Positions 1 to 9,606 of a stretch of DNA of 64,000 nt are shown piece by piece (position 1 is the stretch's first letter; each line of letters starts with the position of its first letter). Location of the stretch: positions 26,339 through 90,338 of the IMG/VR virus record IMGVR_UViG_3300028908_000006. One strand, 5' to 3'. The position numbers were made by a program, and so were the translations under genes. The notes under the pieces are model-generated. The model did not search any database. It saw only the letters and a list, made by a program, of their open reading frames with translations, and had not been told where the DNA came from. Source of the stretch: a virus.

Positions 1-2
1 TT

Positions 3-299
3 GGAGCTAAGCTATTCTCTTCAAATCCGCCAGAGAGCACGCCTTACTGCCTGTTTTTTATCAATGTCGTAACGCTTAAGGACGCTTTTACAGTTCGGAC
101 CTCTACTTTCTGGTGGGGCCGGACTTTTCAAGCCAGCGAAGTGATGGAAATCCTTGCTAGTGACGATTTTATGCCAAGCTCTTTGGTCGCTACGACGCCT
201 ATAGGGAATGAAGCACCTAAGGGGGATACAAAAACCATTAAGGAAGATAAGATTGATGGCTACGATGAAAATGCTGTTGTAAGGAGTATTTTCTTGTGA
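3..299 (+). CDS. 3' part of a hypothetical protein truncated by the window edge
   Basis: Open frame from position 3 to TGA at 297-299, overlapping the GTG start of the next ORF. Confidence 0.6.
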   Translation, partial: GAKLFSSNPPESTPYCLFFINVVTLKDAFTVRTSTFWWGRTFQASEVMEILASDDFMPSSLVATTPIGNEAPKGDTKTIKEDKIDGYDENAVVRSIFL

Positions 300-622
300 T
301 GGTAGATTTAGAGAAATGTCTTGCTGACTTTTTCTTTATTGTTTTTGATAAAAAACTTTCTTGTGTAATTAAAATTCAGACTCAAGAAGAATACGGTGAC
401 TTTGTCAAGTTTCTTGAGCCAATTAAAGCAGTTGGGTTTATTGGAAATTATAGTATCACGGATAATAAGTCTTGCGGCTTTCCTACAGCCCTAAAACTTT
501 TTATAGATTTTAATCCTGGGCGGATGAAATTAAATGTCGTTCCAACGCAGGAAGTCTGTGATGCTATTTCCATCTCCGCTTTTTTTGAAAAAGTTACAGA
601 TGTTCTGAAGTTAGAGCTATGA
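296..622 (+). CDS. hypothetical protein
   Basis: 108-aa ORF, AGGAG RBS, stop/start overlaps on both sides. Confidence 0.7.
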   Translation: MMVDLEKCLADFFFIVFDKKLSCVIKIQTQEEYGDFVKFLEPIKAVGFIGNYSITDNKSCGFPTALKLFIDFNPGRMKLNVVPTQEVCDAISISAFFEKVTDVLKLEL

Positions 623-927
623 ATCTTTCTTACCGCATGGTCTATAAGGGAACCACTTATCTCCGCTATGGTTATATCGTAGTGGGCTCATCTTTTCTTG
701 AGAAACGGCCAGAACTTCTTTTTGAAGCCTTCTCGAAAATAAAGTTCTTGCCCACCAAGGTAGTTCATGATATTATAGAGCAGAAACTTACCTACTACGG
801 TCTGTCACCACATTTTGATTTTATCAAGGTTGGAGAGAAGGCACCGCAGTATGAGATCTTTATTTCTCCTGCTTCCTTCCTTGGAAGCAAGGAGACAATT
901 GTAAAAGTAGTCAAGAAAGGAGAATAG
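619..927 (+). CDS. hypothetical protein
   Basis: 102-aa ORF, tightly packed in operon. Confidence 0.7.
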   Translation: MNLSYRMVYKGTTYLRYGYIVVGSSFLEKRPELLFEAFSKIKFLPTKVVHDIIEQKLTYYGLSPHFDFIKVGEKAPQYEIFISPASFLGSKETIVKVVKKGE

Positions 928-930
928 CCT

Positions 931-1479
931 ATGGTTGAACTATCTCCACAACAACTAGCCTATGATCTTACAGAGTCTCTCTTCACCAAGAATATTATCA
1001 TAAGGGACTGTGAGGTTATCCTACGTGGTGGAGAGAAATCAAACTTCTATATTGACTTCAAGTCCTCTGCTATGACTTCTCCTGAGATATTGAACGCTAT
1101 AAACTATGAGCTACACAAACAGCTCACAACGATGTTCTTCCAAAGACCCATCCAGCTGGTAGGAAAAGGGCTTTCTGGTGCCATCATGGTAACCTCACTT
1201 CTTTCTTTTGCCCCCTATATATTTAAGGGTATAATAATCCGTCCTGAAGTAAAATCTCATGGCTATGTCTCCCAAATAGTAGGCGACATAAATCCAACCG
1301 CACCCATTGTTATTTTGGATGATGTTGTGACTACGGGCGGGACTATCAAGGAAATTGCTTCCTTCCTGCCAAGGAAGCCAGACTGCGCTTTCGTTCTTGT
1401 AAGAAGGAATAGTATTGACCATGTGGAAGGAGTACCTGTCTATTCTCTCTTTGAAGTTAAGGAACTTGACACGAACTAG
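931..1479 (+). CDS. pyrE: orotate phosphoribosyltransferase-like type I PRTase
   Basis: GEKSNFYIDFK, KSHG loop, PRPP-binding motif IVILDDVVTTGGT. Confidence 0.8.
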   Translation: MVELSPQQLAYDLTESLFTKNIIIRDCEVILRGGEKSNFYIDFKSSAMTSPEILNAINYELHKQLTTMFFQRPIQLVGKGLSGAIMVTSLLSFAPYIFKGIIIRPEVKSHGYVSQIVGDINPTAPIVILDDVVTTGGTIKEIASFLPRKPDCAFVLVRRNSIDHVEGVPVYSLFEVKELDTN

Positions 1480-1493
1480 AAGGAGGTTCCTCA

Positions 1494-2399
1494 ATGCCAT
1501 CTCTCAAAGACTTTCTAGAAGAGTCCAGAGCAGGTGTTGATGTTTCAATGTTTTATCCAAACGACAACTTCATTCTCTCGGCCCTTGGTGCCCGTGTTTG
1601 TTACTCGGACACCAATGATTTCTGTGTCCTTTATGCTGATCCCAGGGTGTCTGATCTTGGTGAAAGGAAGGCTTTCCTTGAGAGACTTCGTAAGGCAGGT
1701 CATTTCTCTGTCTTTGCTCATTCTCCTGTGGAATTTATGACGGTTGATCCACAACCCTATAGGAAGTTATATAAAGCGTTCATATATCGAAACGAGGTCT
1801 GTCTCAATGGCAGGCATTTGGTCGAGCTTACAGGAAAGCTCAACTTCTTTGAAGAAGATCCAAGAATAGACGGGTTCTTCTTCGCTGATCTTGAGTCTGG
1901 ATTCGCCTTTAAGGCTTCCTCCCTGGCGGAACTCTCTCCATATACGGAAAAGGCTGATTCCTATCTTGTAGGTATTCCTATTCCTGGTATCTTTAACTGG
2001 CTTTCTGTTACAGCGTTTGGAATTTCAAGAGTTACATCCCATCAATGGGTAAGGCACACTTGGCAAAATTTTAGCCAGCGCTCCCACCGCTATACTGCTG
2101 TTGATGGGTTTGTAATACCGCCTTCTTTTGATAAGCTCAGGTTCAGGGATATTCCGGGAAGATTGTTTGTTGAAAACATCTACACGGAAACGGCCACGGC
2201 GTATCAGATTGCTGTCAATCAGGGAATTCCAAAGGAAGATGCCAGGTATTTAATTCCCAACGGAGCAAGGACTACTTTGATGTCTTCAGGGCCGTATTTT
2301 GTCTGGGAAGACTTTGTAGCAAAGCGGGCTGTGAAGGGTGCTCAATGGGAGATTAGGAGAGTGGCTGAAGCAATCTGTAGGTTTCTTTCTTTCATCTAA
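1494..2399 (+). CDS. thyX: flavin-dependent thymidylate synthase
   Basis: ARVCY, GHFSVFAH, SRVTSHQWVRH..NFSQRSHRY, IPKEDARYLIP, AQWEIR motifs. Confidence 0.93.
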   Translation: MPSLKDFLEESRAGVDVSMFYPNDNFILSALGARVCYSDTNDFCVLYADPRVSDLGERKAFLERLRKAGHFSVFAHSPVEFMTVDPQPYRKLYKAFIYRNEVCLNGRHLVELTGKLNFFEEDPRIDGFFFADLESGFAFKASSLAELSPYTEKADSYLVGIPIPGIFNWLSVTAFGISRVTSHQWVRHTWQNFSQRSHRYTAVDGFVIPPSFDKLRFRDIPGRLFVENIYTETATAYQIAVNQGIPKEDARYLIPNGARTTLMSSGPYFVWEDFVAKRAVKGAQWEIRRVAEAICRFLSFI

Positions 2400-2413
2400 A
2401 GGAGGGTCTAAAA

Positions 2414-3073
2414 ATGACAATACAGGAGCTGGTAGAAGAACAGATTGCTCCCTGGGAGTATAGTTTTGCTGGCGAGCCCAAGAACATCTTCTCTATTCCA
2501 GAACCAACTAAAAACTTTAGCCGTGAATGGTTCAAGGCCCTTGAAAAGCCAGGCCAAAACTGGTGGTTGGAATTTTCTGATGACACATTTCCTGATGGGT
2601 GGGAAGATAAAATGCTTGTTGTTCTTGACAAAGCAGGTTTCAAGCCAAGAAAGAAAAGCAGTCTCAAACATTTTTTCCTCATTTTCCTGAAAAGAATGAG
2701 TGCCACTATATCAATCGCCATGCCAGTAAGCTACCTCTACTATATAGCTACTGGAAAATCCATCTTTTCTATGAGATATATGCTTGAGCTTGATAACTTC
2801 CTTGCTTGGTGGAAGGAAATACGCAACAGGCCAGCGGATGAAACTCTTGTTGAGCCGCTATCCAAGCTTTCGCTTTACATAGCCATTATCTTCGCCAAGG
2901 CGATAGACCTCCGCTTCCTTTCACGGGATCGTTGGATCTTCAAAGGGCTAATCTATGTCAGCCGTAATCGCGGAGCTGAAACGCTTCTTCCTGAATTTGG
3001 TGCTTGTGATCCTTACTTTCCCTATATCCTTGAACTTTTGGAATATAGAAAAAGACTTGACATCCATTTGTAG
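2414..3073 (+). CDS. hypothetical protein
   Basis: 219-aa ORF with GGAGG RBS. Confidence 0.7.
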   Translation: MTIQELVEEQIAPWEYSFAGEPKNIFSIPEPTKNFSREWFKALEKPGQNWWLEFSDDTFPDGWEDKMLVVLDKAGFKPRKKSSLKHFFLIFLKRMSATISIAMPVSYLYYIATGKSIFSMRYMLELDNFLAWWKEIRNRPADETLVEPLSKLSLYIAIIFAKAIDLRFLSRDRWIFKGLIYVSRNRGAETLLPEFGACDPYFPYILELLEYRKRLDIHL

Positions 3074-3085
3074 GTTGGTTATATT
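3057..3085 (+). promoter_or_regulatory. sigma70-type promoter
   Basis: TTGACA-17 nt-TATATT. Confidence 0.7.
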
Positions 3086-3091
3086 GAAAAG

Positions 3092-3295
3092 TGAGGGGTA
3101 GCGGGCGGCCTTGGTGAGAGGTCACTACAATCAAGGCTACGGGAGAGGGCTCTAGAGCCCTCTCCCACTTAATGGGGTTTAGTTTTTCTTGGGAAAAAAG
3201 AGAAGAGCTAAGGCAATGATTATAAATTTCATATAAACCTCCTGATAGGTTTTAGTTTTGAAGGGAAGCTGGCACTCAGCTTCCCTTTTTTATTT
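3092..3295 (+). ncRNA. candidate ~200-nt structured small RNA
   Basis: Between promoter and terminator, only ORFs of about 15 codons or less, several hairpins including a 26-nt palindrome at 3141-3166. Confidence 0.4.
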
Positions 3296-3299
3296 TTTT
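3261..3299 (+). terminator. intrinsic terminator
   Basis: AAGGGAAGCTG/CAGCTTCCCTT stem followed by long T-run. Confidence 0.85.
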
Positions 3300-3304
3300 A
3301 ACAA

Positions 3305-3607
3305 TTGGTTGATATGGCCAAGAAATATGTTGATCGAAAACACAAGCTATATGTCTATACCGGTGGAAAGTATCTAAGGCAAGAGCTTTCTTCTGCCCGT
3401 GGATGTAAGGCTTACCGTGTGAAAACAATTGACCCGCAGACGAAACTTCTTGTCTGTGTTACCAGCAAGAAGGGAAAGCGTGGTGGGAAAACAAAGGCAG
3501 TTGCTATCCTTCGGTCGCCAAATAAAGATCTAAGGCGTTACAACAAGCGTGGCAGAAAGTATTTGAAGAGAGCCCTTAAGAAGGCCAGGAAACTTCTCAA
3601 AAACTAA
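3305..3607 (+). CDS. small highly basic protein, probable nucleic-acid binder
   Basis: Very K/R-rich 100-aa ORF; probable start at MAKKY. Confidence 0.65.
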   Translation: MVDMAKKYVDRKHKLYVYTGGKYLRQELSSARGCKAYRVKTIDPQTKLLVCVTSKKGKRGGKTKAVAILRSPNKDLRRYNKRGRKYLKRALKKARKLLKN

Positions 3608-5121
3608 CCAACGGCAATCTTAGCGAGTTCCTTCCTTAATACCCTAGCCGTAACCCTTCCTTTACTCTTGGCTGTCTTTAAGATTCTATCATCCATCAGC
3701 CCCTTAGTAAGGAAGAAATCTACATACACCTTCCTGGTCTGTCCTATCCGGTTAACCCGCCCCACAGCCTGTTCTATGCTTGCTGGAGTCCAGTCATATT
3801 CCACGAACACGACCCGCCTAGCATTCTGAAGATTGAGAGCAAACTCTCCTTTCTGTATCTGTATCACAATAACATCTATCTTTCCATTCTGGAATTGATC
3901 AATCACAGCATCAGCAAGTTTGTCTCTTATCCTTCCAGTAAAGGCTTCAACCTTTATTCCTTTTTTATGGAGCCCTTCAACTATTCTTCCTATGGTCTCT
4001 AAGAACTTAGCGAACACCACAACCTGATCTCCATTTTTTACTACATACTTCTCTATCGTCTCTATAGCTTTCTCTATCTTTGGAGACTCAAACCTTTCTA
4101 CTATATCTCTTTCATAGACCAGGAAGCCAGAGCTCACCTGTTGAAGTTTCATGATCGTGTTCTTGATCTCAATAAGGGTTCCGTTTCTTTCCACAATTTC
4201 TGAAGAGATGTCTCTGGCCAGGTCTACCTGCTTATCCGTGGGATTGACGTATATTTTATTGAACACAACATTTTCTTGCTCTTTCTCTTCCTTTGGAACT
4301 TTTATTGTGTTCTCATCTACTATAGCTTGGATTTCAGCAAGCCTTTGTGGTCTTGGCTCATATTTGACATAATTCTTCCCTTCTATCTTGATGAAGTATC
4401 GGTTGAGGAAGTGCCACCAAGACATCCTAAAGGCCCAGGGATTTATCACAGACAGCTGGAAGAAAAGATCGTTTGGCTGATTTCTGATTGGGGTTCCTGT
4501 CATCAAGATTCTGTAGCGAGCAGTCTTCATTATCTCAGCTACCACAGCTGCTCTAACCGAATATGGGTTTTTTATCAGATGAGCTTCATCACAGACGATC
4601 ATATCTACATTTCTATACTCTGGCCGAATAAGATCAGCCAGATCTCCTTCTTGGTGGAAATAAAGACCATCGTAATTTGTGACTATGATCTTATCTCCAA
4701 ACCAGGATTCTGGAATATCGAAGAATTTCTTTAGCTCAGCTATCATCTGCGTAATTCCTGCCTTTGGGACTACTATCAACGCTTTTCTTATCTTTCCTGT
4801 AATGAGCCTTCTTATGACTACATATCCGGCCATGTATGTCTTACCACGCCCAACTTCACCAAAGAGAAAGGCTCTTCTGAATGAGAGCAGGATCTTTATA
4901 GGCAGCTCCTGGTGTGGCTTTGGTGGATATTTACAGAATGAGAGATCAAGCGGCCTTTCATCTTTCAGCAGCCCTTGATTAAACAACTTACAAACCTTCT
5001 TATATTTTTGGCACTCGTTATAGAGAGCTTTTATGTCTTCTATCTTCTCACCACGTATAAAATTGCTGGCGTGCTTCATTGAAAATATGAGTGGAAATTC
5101 TTTCTTTACACGCTTCTTCAT
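3604..5121 (-). CDS. SNF2-family (SF2) helicase
   Basis: GRGKT, CDEAH, LMTGTPIRN, LNLQNA, QAVGRVNRIGQ; start chosen at MKKRV after GGAGAGG. Confidence 0.92.
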   Translation of the reverse strand: MKKRVKKEFPLIFSMKHASNFIRGEKIEDIKALYNECQKYKKVCKLFNQGLLKDERPLDLSFCKYPPKPHQELPIKILLSFRRAFLFGEVGRGKTYMAGYVVIRRLITGKIRKALIVVPKAGITQMIAELKKFFDIPESWFGDKIIVTNYDGLYFHQEGDLADLIRPEYRNVDMIVCDEAHLIKNPYSVRAAVVAEIMKTARYRILMTGTPIRNQPNDLFFQLSVINPWAFRMSWWHFLNRYFIKIEGKNYVKYEPRPQRLAEIQAIVDENTIKVPKEEKEQENVVFNKIYVNPTDKQVDLARDISSEIVERNGTLIEIKNTIMKLQQVSSGFLVYERDIVERFESPKIEKAIETIEKYVVKNGDQVVVFAKFLETIGRIVEGLHKKGIKVEAFTGRIRDKLADAVIDQFQNGKIDVIVIQIQKGEFALNLQNARRVVFVEYDWTPASIEQAVGRVNRIGQTRKVYVDFFLTKGLMDDRILKTAKSKGRVTARVLRKELAKIAVG

Positions 5122-5131
5122 TCTACCTCTC

Positions 5132-5677
5132 CTAGATCTTGTAGAAACTTGATCTGATAGCGTATGCACAAATATTTTTAAGTGCTTCTTGCACGTCACT
5201 TATTTTCCATAAGACTGAAAGGCAGCATATAAACATACCACTATCAGTAATGACAATATAAGCTTTCTCTATTCCTGGCTTGCCATATCTATCAGGAAGC
5301 ATCAGCATATTTACAGTCCCTATCTGTTTTGGCTCCAGTCCGTAATCAATTATATGATCTATCATAATCTCGTGTATAAACTTCTCATCTTCGTAGAAAT
5401 CTTCTATTGTGGTCAAAATCTCACCACGATACAGTATCGGAAAATCGAACCACAACCCCAATGTCCCGCATCCCTCTATGTATCTTTCATTGATTTTATA
5501 ATGTGTATCACAGAAAAGTATGTAACAATCTTTTTCTTTTATTAGCACCATATCTGGCCTTGTTTTTTGTGTTTCAATATCAGGAATACGGCCTTCTCTT
5601 ATAATAATGTATGCCGGATGAAGGAATGGCTCCTTCGCTGGTATGGTAAAGAACTTTTTATCGTATTCAAGTATCAT
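5132..5677 (-). CDS. hypothetical protein
   Basis: 181-aa ORF coupled to upstream gene. Confidence 0.7.
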   Translation of the reverse strand: MILEYDKKFFTIPAKEPFLHPAYIIIREGRIPDIETQKTRPDMVLIKEKDCYILFCDTHYKINERYIEGCGTLGLWFDFPILYRGEILTTIEDFYEDEKFIHEIMIDHIIDYGLEPKQIGTVNMLMLPDRYGKPGIEKAYIVITDSGMFICCLSVLWKISDVQEALKNICAYAIRSSFYKI

Positions 5678-6030
5678 AATGCCTTCTTTATTACCTTTAT
5701 ATACGGTGTTTCTTCATAGTATCCCAGTTCATCTAGAGGCACCTCAGCTATCTTCGCTATTGCTTTCAGATCACCAACCTTTACGCCCACAACTTTAAGA
5801 AATAAGTCCCATCCTAGCTTCCTATATACGACTGTGGTTATTGGCCTGAAATTTGTCTTGCATTTCTTCACAACTTCAATATCACCTAAGTCAACATCTC
5901 CCTCTATATTTAGGAACAACTCTTCTATCTTCTTCTTTTCATCTCTGAGTTTTTTTAGCTCAGTATTCAAAAATTTGATCTTGTTTTCAATTTCAAGGTA
6001 TCTTTCAGCCTTTTTCTTTAAATTGTCCAT
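5674..6030 (-). CDS. hypothetical coiled-coil protein
   Basis: GGAGGT RBS, 118 aa. Confidence 0.75.
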   Translation of the reverse strand: MDNLKKKAERYLEIENKIKFLNTELKKLRDEKKKIEELFLNIEGDVDLGDIEVVKKCKTNFRPITTVVYRKLGWDLFLKVVGVKVGDLKAIAKIAEVPLDELGYYEETPYIKVIKKAL

Positions 6031-6034
6031 AGCT

Positions 6035-6268
6035 TTACCTCCTCTTTTTTGGTTTTACACAAACTCTGTAACCTTCACCAATCTTATCTCCTTTTATCGG
6101 ATATACGATCCACTCGTGGCGCCCAACACGCTCCATCCATATCCCTTGGCTCTTCTTTAATGCTCCGGCCCTTTTTAGGGCCTTCTTTACAGCCTGTATA
6201 TAGTCCCTTGCATATACAACTTCCACAACAGTATCATTTCTGTATTTGGCTTCAACTTTTACCAGCAC
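6035..6268 (-). CDS. hypothetical protein
   Basis: GAGGAGGT RBS. Confidence 0.7.
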   Translation of the reverse strand: MLVKVEAKYRNDTVVEVVYARDYIQAVKKALKRAGALKKSQGIWMERVGRHEWIVYPIKGDKIGEGYRVCVKPKKRR

Positions 6269-6488
6269 AGTATGTTACCTCCTCAAATCGGATTATATTT
6301 TTATTTGAAGTCCATGGAATACAATGTCGCTTCCCACAGGTCTTGCATTCAAACGGGCGCAATACAGCTCCTGATCTAGCCCTGAATGGTCTTCCAACAA
6401 CGGTTCCAATATGCTCTCCATTTAACTTGCTACGTCCCCAACTGATAACAGCCCTTACCATTTGTCCTTCTTTTGGATAGGCTTTCAT
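6252..6488 (-). CDS. hypothetical protein with CxxC
   Basis: GGAGGT RBS. Confidence 0.65.
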   Translation of the reverse strand: MKAYPKEGQMVRAVISWGRSKLNGEHIGTVVGRPFRARSGAVLRPFECKTCGKRHCIPWTSNKNIIRFEEVTYCAGKS

Positions 6489-6507
6489 AGCCCTACCTCC
6501 TTTCCTT

Positions 6508-6906
6508 TTAGTTTTCGCTTACATCAATCTCTATGGCTTTGGTCATCTTGTTCTCTATGGAAGCTATTACAACAATATCTACCAATGCAGACTTATAAAG
6601 GAAGAGTGTCTTATAGTTTTCCTTTATCCTTTCCACCAGCTCTTCTAGCTCTCCTATATCCCTTGGATAGAAGAGATACCCGCCAGCCTGAGCCACATAA
6701 TCGCAAATATCCTTAAACATTTTTGTTTCTGCATTGTTTACGGCTGTATATGCAGTTATGGCAAGCGATCTTGCTAGCTCTTCTGGAGACATTGTCTGTA
6801 TCAGCACCAAGGCGTCTATAGGCTTATCTTCAAGGAGACACTTAAGAAACATCCTTATCTTGGCTGTTTCTTCATATCTTTGAATCTGGTCTTGTTGCTT
6901 AAGCAT
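6508..6906 (-). CDS. hypothetical protein, paralog of 8138..8572
   Basis: GGYLFYPRDIGELEEL resembles GGQFWFPRDMGDLDRL. Confidence 0.75.
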   Translation of the reverse strand: MLKQQDQIQRYEETAKIRMFLKCLLEDKPIDALVLIQTMSPEELARSLAITAYTAVNNAETKMFKDICDYVAQAGGYLFYPRDIGELEELVERIKENYKTLFLYKSALVDIVVIASIENKMTKAIEIDVSEN

Positions 6907-6909
6907 GGG

Positions 6910-8124
6910 TTACACCTCCGCTCCACAGAATGTGCATTTTCCTTCCTTTATTACCGTCTCATATCCGCAATTCTTGCACTTATGCAGGTCTCCTTTGATG
7001 AGACCTTTCAGATATGAGATATAGGAAGTCTTTGAAGGCTTCCTTCTCGTCTTCTGTTTCTTGGGAACCATCAGCTTTTCAGGCGGGAGCCAGCCTACCT
7101 TCTGTTCTAATCTCCAATCAGAAAGTTCTGTATTTGTGTAAGGCATAAGAAGTCCCTTGAAATATGGCTTTCCATAGACCTGAACCCCTATCTGTTCTTC
7201 CTTTCCCTTTACATGGAATACAACATTTTCGATTTCTTTATCATTGAAAATCCTTATAAGTAGGCGTGGATTTACTGCTAAAGGATATTTTCCATGATGG
7301 TCTGTATGGATTCCATCTTCATCAAGGTATACGACTGGGTTATATGTTTGTGTTTTTACTATTGTTTTTAGCTTGTTTACAAGTTCTCTGGTTACTGTTA
7401 CATTGACGCTATATGCAAATGTTTCAGGAATGACACATTCATATTGTGGAAAATCATAACCTACATTAAAATACAGATAATTATTTATGTTAATTGTGTT
7501 TTCTGCGTATGAATATCTAAATACAAACTCTTCATCACTACTGTTTATCAGCGCCTTAACCAAGTAATGAGGTATGGTGAACGGTTCATTTACCGTGAAT
7601 GTATATGTTGTATCTTCTAACCCAAGAATATGTCCATCCGTAGCTACTACACGCAATTTACCATCAACTTCATCAAATAATATCTCATCTAACCTTCTAC
7701 CTAATACTATTCCGTCATAGTAATTCATAATGTATCTCAGGTTTCTCTTTACAAATCCTTTTGGAAATGTAAGAATCTTATCCCAATCAATAGGTTGTTC
7801 GCATTCCTCAATGTGAGGTTTCCTTGAATGGATCGTAATTCCGTTAATCAAAAACCTACCTTCGTCTTTATTGTAGTGGAAAGCATTCTCTTCAAGAATA
7901 ACATCCTTGAGCTTATTGAATTCTATTTCAACATCAAAAACATCTCCGCTGTATGGAACTTCCTTGATAAAGAAGACGTTGTAACATCTGGCCATAAACT
8001 TAAGGCTCTTTCCATTGGCCTTAAGTCTTACATACCTGTGTTGTGTGTATGCTTCCTTCATGATAGGTTTCAGAGGGTTAACAATATTTTCCTTGATCCA
8101 TTTGCCGGAAATCTTTTGTACCAT
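6910..8124 (-). CDS. DNA polymerase III beta-clamp-like protein with C-terminal Zn ribbon
   Basis: LRVVATDGHILG and DFPQYECVIP are DnaN-like; C-terminal CKNCG..CTFCG; AAGGAGGT RBS before 8124. Confidence 0.7.
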   Translation of the reverse strand: MVQKISGKWIKENIVNPLKPIMKEAYTQHRYVRLKANGKSLKFMARCYNVFFIKEVPYSGDVFDVEIEFNKLKDVILEENAFHYNKDEGRFLINGITIHSRKPHIEECEQPIDWDKILTFPKGFVKRNLRYIMNYYDGIVLGRRLDEILFDEVDGKLRVVATDGHILGLEDTTYTFTVNEPFTIPHYLVKALINSSDEEFVFRYSYAENTININNYLYFNVGYDFPQYECVIPETFAYSVNVTVTRELVNKLKTIVKTQTYNPVVYLDEDGIHTDHHGKYPLAVNPRLLIRIFNDKEIENVVFHVKGKEEQIGVQVYGKPYFKGLLMPYTNTELSDWRLEQKVGWLPPEKLMVPKKQKTRRKPSKTSYISYLKGLIKGDLHKCKNCGYETVIKEGKCTFCGAEV

Positions 8125-8137
8125 AACTTTACCTCCT

Positions 8138-8572
8138 TTAGTGTTTTGTTTCCTTGGTCTCAAGAATCTCCATTCCAGTTATGGCTTCTATGATCTTTCC
8201 TTCTATCCTTTCAAGAACTTCCATATTTCCTTCTATCTCTTTTGCCAGCCTATCAAGATCACCCATATCCCGTGGAAACCAGAACTGGCCTCCTATCTCT
8301 TTGGCTATTTCTGAAAAAATCCCACCTTCACCACTCATGGCTAGTGCTATCGCACCTATTTCAGCTATATACCTGTCATCCATCTCTTCCACAATATCAA
8401 TAGCTTCCGAATATTGGCGATTATATACAGCCACAACTATCTCTGCTAACATTCTCGTTGATTCCGGAAATTTTTTAATGATTTCTCCATATTCCATGTT
8501 TCTATTCCTCCGTTGAAACCACTCATGAATATCTTCTCTTGAAGAGTCTTCTAAAATTTCATAATCACCCAC
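8138..8572 (-). CDS. hypothetical protein, paralog of 6508..6906
   Basis: GGAGGT RBS; shared motif. Confidence 0.75.
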   Translation of the reverse strand: MGDYEILEDSSREDIHEWFQRRNRNMEYGEIIKKFPESTRMLAEIVVAVYNRQYSEAIDIVEEMDDRYIAEIGAIALAMSGEGGIFSEIAKEIGGQFWFPRDMGDLDRLAKEIEGNMEVLERIEGKIIEAITGMEILETKETKH

Positions 8573-8590
8573 AACATTACCTCCTTTCTT

Positions 8591-9007
8591 TTAAAGCTTG
8601 ATTTGGGCAATACTGTCTATTCCACCATATACTTGTTCTGCGTGTGTCTTTGCAGTTTCTATTGCTTCTTCAGGAGTATCGCTCCCAAAGATATAACGCC
8701 CACGCGATCTTCCTTCTTTAAGAACTTCATATGCCCATGTTTCATTATCTACTCGCCATAAAACTATAATTTCGCCGCCATTTGTGGTGATTATATACAG
8801 CTTTAATTTTCTATAATACAGACCATCTTTTATGAGGTTCTCGACTTCTTTTTTAAGACCTTCCTTAGCAGTCTTTTCCTTATGTGAATATTCATAAATC
8901 TCGTCAAATTCTGGATGATCTATCGAGGCCATATATAACTCGCCATACTTTGGATCATATTGTTTCTTAATGACTCCTTTAATAACTGTAAACCTCTTTT
9001 CCTTCAT
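8591..9007 (-). CDS. hypothetical protein
   Basis: GGAGGAG RBS, 138 aa. Confidence 0.75.
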   Translation of the reverse strand: MKEKRFTVIKGVIKKQYDPKYGELYMASIDHPEFDEIYEYSHKEKTAKEGLKKEVENLIKDGLYYRKLKLYIITTNGGEIIVLWRVDNETWAYEVLKEGRSRGRYIFGSDTPEEAIETAKTHAEQVYGGIDSIAQIKL

Positions 9008-9060
9008 TTCTCCTCCTTTTTACATTTCACATAAATGTTTTTCTTATCAAGCAGTATTAT

Positions 9061-9075
9061 TGAGAATGATTATCA
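9061..9075. promoter_or_regulatory. Fur-box-like 7-1-7 palindrome
   Basis: TGAGAAT-G-ATTATCA, one mismatch to TGATAAT-N-ATTATCA. Confidence 0.45.
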
Positions 9076-9315
9076 TTTGTCATTATGGTCTTCTGGGTCC
9101 CACAATGGGACCAATTTCCCGTTTCGTATGAAATAATATTTCCCATCCTTAACAATCACTATTCTTGTTCCGTGGTATCTCATTAGTCTTGATACTTTTT
9201 TTATATCAACTTCTATTCCAGATACTAGTGCAGTTCTTGCTCTATGCATTATATAGCAGTAACTTGCTATCAAGAATAATATTGATAATACAATAACTAC
9301 TATACTAGTTTTCAT
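9073..9315 (-). CDS. small membrane-anchored protein
   Basis: N-terminal hydrophobic helix. Confidence 0.65.
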   Translation of the reverse strand: MKTSIVVIVLSILFLIASYCYIMHRARTALVSGIEVDIKKVSRLMRYHGTRIVIVKDGKYYFIRNGKLVPLWDPEDHNDK

Positions 9316-9586
9316 CTTTATCCTCCAATAACTTCATCAATTCAGCCATATTTCTAGCTTTTTCGTATTTCTCAATATTTTTTCTATCTATTCTAGCAAT
9401 AATTTTGAAATCTCTCCTTTTCATGTATGTGGGCTTGAAGAGATATATAAGGAATCCTTTATGTTCGCACCACCAACAACCTCTTCCTCTGCATATACAG
9501 CATTCTACTATGAACGCTCTATTGGATCTTGTGAGCTTCTCAAGTCTTTCAATATCTCTTAGTATTTTTTGATCTGGATGTGGCAC
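9305..9586 (-). CDS. hypothetical protein, Cys cluster
   Basis: CCICRGRGCWWC; GGAGGG RBS. Confidence 0.65.
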   Translation of the reverse strand: MPHPDQKILRDIERLEKLTRSNRAFIVECCICRGRGCWWCEHKGFLIYLFKPTYMKRRDFKIIARIDRKNIEKYEKARNMAELMKLLEDKDEN

Positions 9587-9606
9587 GTAACAATCCCTCC
9601 TTTTTC

